IMG/VR virus record: IMGVR_UViG_3300032245_001746
Location: 124,001-188,000 of that record
DNA length: 64,000 nucleotides
Strand: one strand, 5' to 3'
Shown here: piece after piece, positions 57,981 through 64,000 of the stretch
How the letters are laid out: every line of letters begins with the position of its first letter
Position numbering within the stretch: position 1 is the stretch's first letter
The notes under the pieces: model-generated
The model's input: only the letters and a program-made list of their open reading frames with translations
Database searches by the model: none
What the model was told of the DNA's origin: nothing
Position numbers and translations under genes: made by a program

Positions 57981-59547
57981 TATTTATTAATCTAATGATG
58001 GAATTTTTATTGTTTAAAATTTAATTAAGACTTATTTTTTATTCCAATTTTAATGTTATTTATTTCTGTTTCTGTCCATGTACTAGATGTATTTGGATTT
58101 ACATTAAATATTTCTGTATGATATGGAGTAGTTGATTGCAAAGTCCCATTCACAGTTTTATTTGATCCAACTTCGTTGTTATTAATTACAAATTTTGTAA
58201 TTCCATCAACAGCAGCTTGAGACTCAGCAAATAATGAATTTAATTGAATTCCTTTAATATTATTAATTGTTGATAAATTTTTTATATTAAATTGAGATAC
58301 ATCGCCGTTAACACTTGATGTAATAAATTTAGTTATATTACTATGTACTTGTGACATTTCTCTAGCATTTAAAGAATTAGTGTAATCAAGTGACCAATCA
58401 TCCATGTAAATTGCTGCTGTATGTGGTCCAAATTTAATCGTACTTGGAGAAGTTAAATTAAAAGTAAATTGCTGATATGTAGTTGTAACATTAATCGTTG
58501 ATTGAACATTATTTATTGTGATTGGATATGAAGTTGATGGCTGTCCAACACCAACTCTAGCCCAAAATGAAAAAATACTTGCATTTGTATCAAATTGAAA
58601 CCAACAAGAAGTATTTATAATAGACAATCCTGCCGGAGTAGTTCTGACAACCGAACCAGAAGTTTCTCTTATAATACCTCTATTACCAGAAGTAATTTCA
58701 TTTAAATAACTAATATTTGTACATCCAAGTGGAATTAAAAATTCATGCGGGTCAGTAAATGATGTAGTAAACGATGTTGATAATACGGTTCCATTAGCGT
58801 TACCAAAATTTGAAGTATCATCAGTTATTGGTATTAATGTTTCTATTCTTGGAATATACAATTCAGTTCCAATTTTAACGTTATTTGCTGCACCAGTGTC
58901 ATCAAGAATATAAAAATCATCAATTAAATATGTTGAATATAAACCAACAGCCAAAGTAAAAGTTCCATCATAACTCATTGATGTGGCACTTGTTGCTCGC
59001 TCCGTGCCATTAATGTAAAGACGAATTGGATTTCCAACCGAAGGAGTAATTGGAATTAACATTTCAATATGTGCCCAATTATTGAACATGACTGAACTTG
59101 GTTGTGTATACAAAAGAACATTATTTAAATAAATTATATGATTTCCACTCGAATTATTATAAAGTATTTTAAGTCCTTTGGTATTATCGTTAGCACCATT
59201 TGATAATCTAATTTCAAAATTTAAAGCTGATGTAACTTTAATGTTAAATCCCAATATAAAATGAGAAATACCTGTTGCAGATATTGCTTTTTTTAAAAAA
59301 CCAGCATTTTTAGGACTTGTTATTTGAACAGCACTACCACTAAATCTTCCAGGTTTAGCAATCCACGATCCAGATACAGTTGTCCAATTCCTAGCCAATC
59401 CTGTTGTGACATTATCCGTTGGATCATTTGATGATGTGTTTAATTGAAAATTTCCATAATTATCAAATCCCTCTAAAAATCTAATTGCCATTTATACTCC
59501 AATTAATTTGTATAATAAATATATTTATTAATCTAATGATGGAATTT
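57981..59547. repeat. Exact 26-bp direct repeats (57981-58006 and 59522-59547) flanking one gene
   Basis: TATTTATTAATCTAATGATGGAATTT at both sites. Confidence 0.9.
58025..59491 (-). CDS. Probable virion appendage / tail protein (lectin-like beta sandwich)
   Basis: F.EGFD.Y start, W.HIE..., LYING, IDDFYILD.TG..NN, NP.T...WT. Confidence 0.6.
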   Translation of the reverse strand: MAIRFLEGFDNYGNFQLNTSSNDPTDNVTTGLARNWTTVSGSWIAKPGRFSGSAVQITSPKNAGFLKKAISATGISHFILGFNIKVTSALNFEIRLSNGANDNTKGLKILYNNSSGNHIIYLNNVLLYTQPSSVMFNNWAHIEMLIPITPSVGNPIRLYINGTERATSATSMSYDGTFTLAVGLYSTYLIDDFYILDDTGAANNVKIGTELYIPRIETLIPITDDTSNFGNANGTVLSTSFTTSFTDPHEFLIPLGCTNISYLNEITSGNRGIIRETSGSVVRTTPAGLSIINTSCWFQFDTNASIFSFWARVGVGQPSTSYPITINNVQSTINVTTTYQQFTFNLTSPSTIKFGPHTAAIYMDDWSLDYTNSLNAREMSQVHSNITKFITSSVNGDVSQFNIKNLSTINNIKGIQLNSLFAESQAAVDGITKFVINNNEVGSNKTVNGTLQSTTPYHTEIFNVNPNTSSTWTETEINNIKIGIKNKS

Positions 59548-60292
59548 CTGATTGTTTTACATCTCTTCCATACTTTCTTGAGTGTCCAAAATCAAAAGAT
59601 TGTAATTTATTTTTATTATTTAATCCCAAATTGTCAGGAGACCAATCATGTCCTATGGAATATCCAGTTTTTTTAAACACCTTTTCCATTAATTTTATAA
59701 TTTGATTTGCAAAATCCAAAACCATTGGATCTTCTGGGCGTCCAGCCATCCAATAATTAAATTCTTTTATGTTAAATTTGGTTGGAACTTTAGTTTTATC
59801 TTTGTTTTCATCTTCTAAATCAGAAATAAATTGATAAACTAAATAAGTTGCATCATGTATTTCAATATCTATTTTTTTAAAATCAGTATTTAACTCTTTC
59901 ATTGCAATTAAATACATTCCCTGATATGTAATAACATCAACAACCGGAAAGCTTGCATCTCCTTTCATTAAATAAGCTATATTTGCCTCATCTACTCCTT
60001 TTGTAAATTTAACTACATATTTATTTCCTAAAAACAATACGCATCCTTCCATTCCACACTTGGTTTTATTATGTGATCCAGGAATAAATTTTGAATTAAA
60101 TTTTCTAATCCAATTACATAAGGTTCCACAAGAATTTCCATCCATTAATTCTTGTGGAACCTTAGATATTACATTATCTTCATTAAAAACATCTGAAGAA
60201 TAGAGTTTTTTCAAACCAAACACCACCCTCTCAGCAGTTTGCATTAAAAAACTTGTTTGTCTTTCTGTTATTAACCATTCTTTGAAATTCAT
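59528..60292 (-). CDS. Kinase-like protein with leader (paralog of 62319..63101)
   Basis: G.EG.V, VVKF..EA, HDWSPDNLG, FDFG. Confidence 0.7.
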   Translation of the reverse strand: MNFKEWLITERQTSFLMQTAERVVFGLKKLYSSDVFNEDNVISKVPQELMDGNSCGTLCNWIRKFNSKFIPGSHNKTKCGMEGCVLFLGNKYVVKFTKGVDEANIAYLMKGDASFPVVDVITYQGMYLIAMKELNTDFKKIDIEIHDATYLVYQFISDLEDENKDKTKVPTKFNIKEFNYWMAGRPEDPMVLDFANQIIKLMEKVFKKTGYSIGHDWSPDNLGLNNKNKLQSFDFGHSRKYGRDVKQSEIPSLD

Positions 60293-60302
60293 AATTTATA
60301 TA

Positions 60303-61583
60303 TTAAACAAGTATATTTTTTATTATTTTTCCACCATCAACAATTTCAATTGGTCGTCCACCTGGTGCCATTAATTCCTTGTCTGCATTAATTCCAATTC
60401 TATCATAAATAGTTGCAGCCCAATCTTCAATTTCAACCGGATTATCTTGAGGTTCTGATGCTGTAGAATTTGAAGATCCATATACCATCCCTCGTTTAAT
60501 ACCACCACCAGCAAGTATTGTACTAAATACTTTTGGCCAATGATCACGACCCGAAGTGTTATTTATTTTCGGAGTTCTTCCGAATTCACTAGAAACACAA
60601 ACTAATGTTTCATTTAAAATTCCCCGTTCTTCTAAATCATTAATTAATTTAGCAAACGCTTGATCAAATGCTGGAACTTGATTATTCATTCCAACCGCTA
60701 TGTTATCATGCATATCCCAACCGCCATAAGTTAATGTAACAAAACGTACACCAGATTCTATTAATCTACGTGCCATTAACATTCTGCTTCCTGCTGTGTT
60801 CCTTCCATATTCATCTTTTGTTTTATCAGTTTCTTTACTTAAATCAAAAGCTTCTTTGGCTTGAGGAGAATCTAATAAATTATATGCTTTTTCATAAAAA
60901 GTATTCATTGCAACAAAATTGTCAGATTCTGATTTAAATCCTGAATTTACTATTTCTAATGCTTTTTTTCTTTTATTAAATCTGATTTCATCAATTCCTT
61001 GAGGAAGACTTAAATCTCTAACTGCAAAGTTTGGATCTGCTGGATCAGAACCTAAACTAAATGGTGCAAAAGATGAACTTAAATAACCTGTTCCAGCAAA
61101 TTCATTTGGTTGATTTGGTATACAAACATATTGTGGTAAATTATTTCTGACTGCATATTCATGAGAAATTACACTTCCAATACTTGGATAATTTAAAGCT
61201 GGACTTGGCTTGTAACCAGTAAATAAATTGTGTGTTCCACGCTCATGTGCTGCTTCTCCATGAGTCATAGAATTAATAATTGTTATTTTATCCATAACAG
61301 TTGCTGTATTTTTCCAATTTTCACTCAAATAAATTCCACCTACATTTGTTTGAATTGAAGAAAATGGTCCTCTATATTCAATTGGAGCATTTGGTTTTGG
61401 ATCAAAACTTTCTTGATGTGCCATTCCTCCTGGAAGAAATATAAATATTACAGATTTAGCTGGTCCATCTTTTGATTCATGATTTTTAATGTCTCCAAAT
61501 GACTTTAATGCAAAAAAATTAGATAATGATAATCCAATTCCTCCACAAAAACCCGCTTGTATAAAATTTCTTCTTTTTATCAT
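60303..61583 (-). CDS. DUF1501 family protein with Tat-like signal
   Basis: RRNFI signal; AKSVIFIFL.GG.AH.ESFDPKP, LMARRL.E.GVRFV, GWDMH, EFGRTP, GRDHW. Confidence 0.9.
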   Translation of the reverse strand: MIKRRNFIQAGFCGGIGLSLSNFFALKSFGDIKNHESKDGPAKSVIFIFLPGGMAHQESFDPKPNAPIEYRGPFSSIQTNVGGIYLSENWKNTATVMDKITIINSMTHGEAAHERGTHNLFTGYKPSPALNYPSIGSVISHEYAVRNNLPQYVCIPNQPNEFAGTGYLSSSFAPFSLGSDPADPNFAVRDLSLPQGIDEIRFNKRKKALEIVNSGFKSESDNFVAMNTFYEKAYNLLDSPQAKEAFDLSKETDKTKDEYGRNTAGSRMLMARRLIESGVRFVTLTYGGWDMHDNIAVGMNNQVPAFDQAFAKLINDLEERGILNETLVCVSSEFGRTPKINNTSGRDHWPKVFSTILAGGGIKRGMVYGSSNSTASEPQDNPVEIEDWAATIYDRIGINADKELMAPGGRPIEIVDGGKIIKNILV

Positions 61584-62248
61584 TTTTGATCCTTTAATTT
61601 TTCTTTTAATTCTTTTAAATCTGAATCATAAACCGTTTTTTTCAAACCTTTTAATTTATTGGCTATTGGCTCTTTGAATAATCCATGATCATGTAAATAT
61701 TTTAACCTGACCATACCTCTTATCCATACCTTTTCATTTTCAAATAATAAATCATCTTCTAAAGTAATAAAAATTACAAATTTATTATTTAATATTTTAT
61801 CATCACTTGTGAAAATATGTTCATCCAAACCTCCAGGACCAAATTTGTTTTTATATTGAAAAGTCCAAGATTCATTAGCTAAATCATTAGTACCTCTTCT
61901 TACGAATGAACAATTTCTTTGTGTAGTTGATTTTACTGCAAATTTTTCTCCAACATCTTCTTGCCAGCTTTTTTCTAAAGGTTTATATACTTTTGTATCA
62001 ATTTCAATATTATTTATTATTTTCAACTCTTCTTTTAACCATTTATATGCTATAAATTCTGCTGCCTTTGAATATGCGTCTTGTTTTGACAGTTTTCTTG
62101 GATCTGCATTACGTTTTATGCACAAATAATTGTTAAATGCAGATTTTTCTTGAGTATAATTGTTACAACAATCAATTAAATTTTGACTTAAAAAGTAACA
62201 ACATTTATCTTCTAAATAAATTAAATTTCGTTCTGTTTCTGTCATCAT
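61580..62248 (-). CDS. Hypothetical protein, possibly restriction-endonuclease fold
   Basis: K.AE...D......VKS spacing. Confidence 0.45.
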   Translation of the reverse strand: MMTETERNLIYLEDKCCYFLSQNLIDCCNNYTQEKSAFNNYLCIKRNADPRKLSKQDAYSKAAEFIAYKWLKEELKIINNIEIDTKVYKPLEKSWQEDVGEKFAVKSTTQRNCSFVRRGTNDLANESWTFQYKNKFGPGGLDEHIFTSDDKILNNKFVIFITLEDDLLFENEKVWIRGMVRLKYLHDHGLFKEPIANKLKGLKKTVYDSDLKELKEKLKDQK

Positions 62249-62318
62249 ATAGAATCATTTCTTTAAAAATACAAAATTATTGTACGAATACATCAAGGCT
62301 TTTCAATAAATATTCAGT

Positions 62319-63101
62319 ATGAATTTTAAAGAATGGTTAATAAATGAAAGAAATAACGATGCATTTGAAATAAGAATGAAAAAAATAACTTCATTTTTAT
62401 TAAAACTTTATTATGGAATTCAATTTAACGAAATTGCTGAAGTCCCACGTGAATTGTTTTCAGATAATAAATCTAGTAAATTATTTAATTGGATTAAAAG
62501 ATTTGATCCAAATTTTAAATCTGCTGATGGACTAAAAATAAAATCTGGAACGGAAAGTTCCGTGTTGTTTTTAGGAAATGGTATTGTAATTAAATTCAAT
62601 GATAATCCAAGTGAAGCCAATATCGCCTTTTTAATAAAGGGAGACCCAGATTTTCCAGTTTTAGATGTTGGCTCTTTTAATGATAACAATAATTTAATTT
62701 ATGTAATAGCAATGAAAGAATTAAAAGTGTCTTTTAATGAATTGAAACAAGATGTTGAGTCAGCTTTGAATTTGGTCCATATGTTTCAATATAAATTAAA
62801 AGAAATAAATAAATTAAATTCTAAAAAAGTTGTATCTGAATTTAATGAATATAATTTTTTTAGATGGCTATCTTCATATAAAGGAAGAGAAAATCGTTCG
62901 TATCAAATATTGGTTTATTGTATACAACTAATAAAATTATATAATAAATTACATGATAAAACAGGATATTATTCTGCAAACGATATTCATGATGGAAATT
63001 TCGGTCTTACAGATAAAAACACATTGTCTACATTTGATTATGGTTATTCTGATTTAGTTGATCCAAAAAAATCCAAAAACATTGAAATCGATGGTGTTTA
63101 A
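62319..63101 (+). CDS. Kinase-like protein with leader (paralog of 59528..60292)
   Basis: GTES.V, VIKF..EA, DIHDGNFG, FDYG. Confidence 0.75.
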   Translation: MNFKEWLINERNNDAFEIRMKKITSFLLKLYYGIQFNEIAEVPRELFSDNKSSKLFNWIKRFDPNFKSADGLKIKSGTESSVLFLGNGIVIKFNDNPSEANIAFLIKGDPDFPVLDVGSFNDNNNLIYVIAMKELKVSFNELKQDVESALNLVHMFQYKLKEINKLNSKKVVSEFNEYNFFRWLSSYKGRENRSYQILVYCIQLIKLYNKLHDKTGYYSANDIHDGNFGLTDKNTLSTFDYGYSDLVDPKKSKNIEIDGV

Positions 63102-63352
63102 TTGAGTTTTTGTCGACAAACTCCACAAAACTTACGGTTTTTCATGTTTTCAATAGAGCAATTTATTGTTAAACCACAATATAAACAATAAGGTTCTCCT
63201 TTTGAAGAAACAGACCAACCTTTTCGTTCAACCATTTCAATATCTTCATCTGAAACTTCGTCTGGATCACATCCGAATAAAACGTGTAAGTTTTCAGTTT
63301 CGTCATAATAAGATTTCATAAAGTTTTCCTTAAAAAAGGAATCATACTTCAT
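63098..63352 (-). CDS. Small Zn-ribbon protein
   Basis: CLYC and CGVC pairs. Confidence 0.55.
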   Translation of the reverse strand: MKYDSFFKENFMKSYYDETENLHVLFGCDPDEVSDEDIEMVERKGWSVSSKGEPYCLYCGLTINCSIENMKNRKFCGVCRQKLN

Positions 63353-63368
63353 TTTGAATTAAAGTGAA

Positions 63369-64000
63369 CTAAATAATTAGCTCCCACTTGTCATTTCCAC
63401 AATCAAACACTCTTTCGTAATGATTTAAACTCATTATTTCATGTTCAGATAGTTTTTCATCATAGTATGGCATATTTTTAATTGATTTTTTTGTAAAATT
63501 CATTCTATTAAATACTTTTTTGTTCTTTAAGTTGAAATAAAAGTAGCCGGGTTGAGATGAACCGATATATGAAAATCCTAGTTTTTTATAAAGATTTCCA
63601 TTTGACCATCTTTTATCTGAATAAGATATCAATTTTCCATGATATTTTTTCTTAAATTCTTTTAACAATTTTCCTGCTGCTCCTATAACATTTGTATTTA
63701 ATTTAGAACAATATCTTATTAATTCATAATCATATTGTTTGTTAAATCTGGGTAGTCCAAAAGTCATGCAAGCAACTAATTCATTTTCATATACCAATCC
63801 GAAATAAATTGTTGAATTATCAATTCCTTGTATGTGATTTTTATTTAAAAATAAATTTTTTTCTTCTTTTGTTAAAGTTATAATTTTACATTTTCTGGCA
63901 AAGATTTTATTGTTGTTGCCAATTAAACTTTTAATTCTCGATTTAACTATTTCTTGTTTTTCATTCCATTCATGTTCAAATATTTGAATCAACTTTATTT
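63369..64000 (-). mobile_element. Hef-like homing endonuclease, C-terminal part (starts beyond window)
   Basis: IQIFEHEW, IFARKC, NHIQG, ELIRYC, SYSDKRWS, RVFDCG; paralog of 5503..7137. Confidence 0.8.

Noticed and set aside
1-64000. Stop-codon reassignment, as seen in some large phages
   Set aside because: Recognisable proteins are full length under the standard code, and TAA, TAG and TGA all end genes.
1-64000. tRNA genes accompanying the tRNA repair enzymes
   Set aside because: Intergenic gaps are short and AT-rich and no cloverleaf/T-loop pattern was seen by eye; tRNAscan-SE would settle it.

Overview
AT-rich, gene-dense segment of a large T4-like (contractile-tailed, probably jumbo) bacteriophage genome; the standard genetic code fits. 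It starts inside the tail sheath gene, followed by gp15-, gp14- and gp13-like tail-terminator and neck genes, a mosaic 1661-aa tail fibre and many accessory genes. Four things stand out. (1) Nineteen otherwise unrelated proteins share an N-terminal leader resembling the T4 capsid-targeting sequence. They include an Acb1-like phosphoesterase, three kinases, a GNAT, two putative ADP-ribosyltransferases, a nucleotidyltransferase and a ferritin-like protein, which suggests a large packaged and injected effector set. (2) An ~11-kb co-oriented cluster interleaves a deamidating NAD salvage route (NUDIX, PncA, NadD, NadE) with a TerY-P-like VWA/PP2C/kinase triad and RNA repair genes (RNA ligase, Thg1). 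(3) Exact short direct and inverted repeats look like footprints of gene-cassette insertion and leader grafting. (4) A DUF1501 gene and other hints point to a Planctomycetes host. No tRNA, rRNA or CRISPR array was recognised. All functional calls come from motif recognition by eye, not from database searches.
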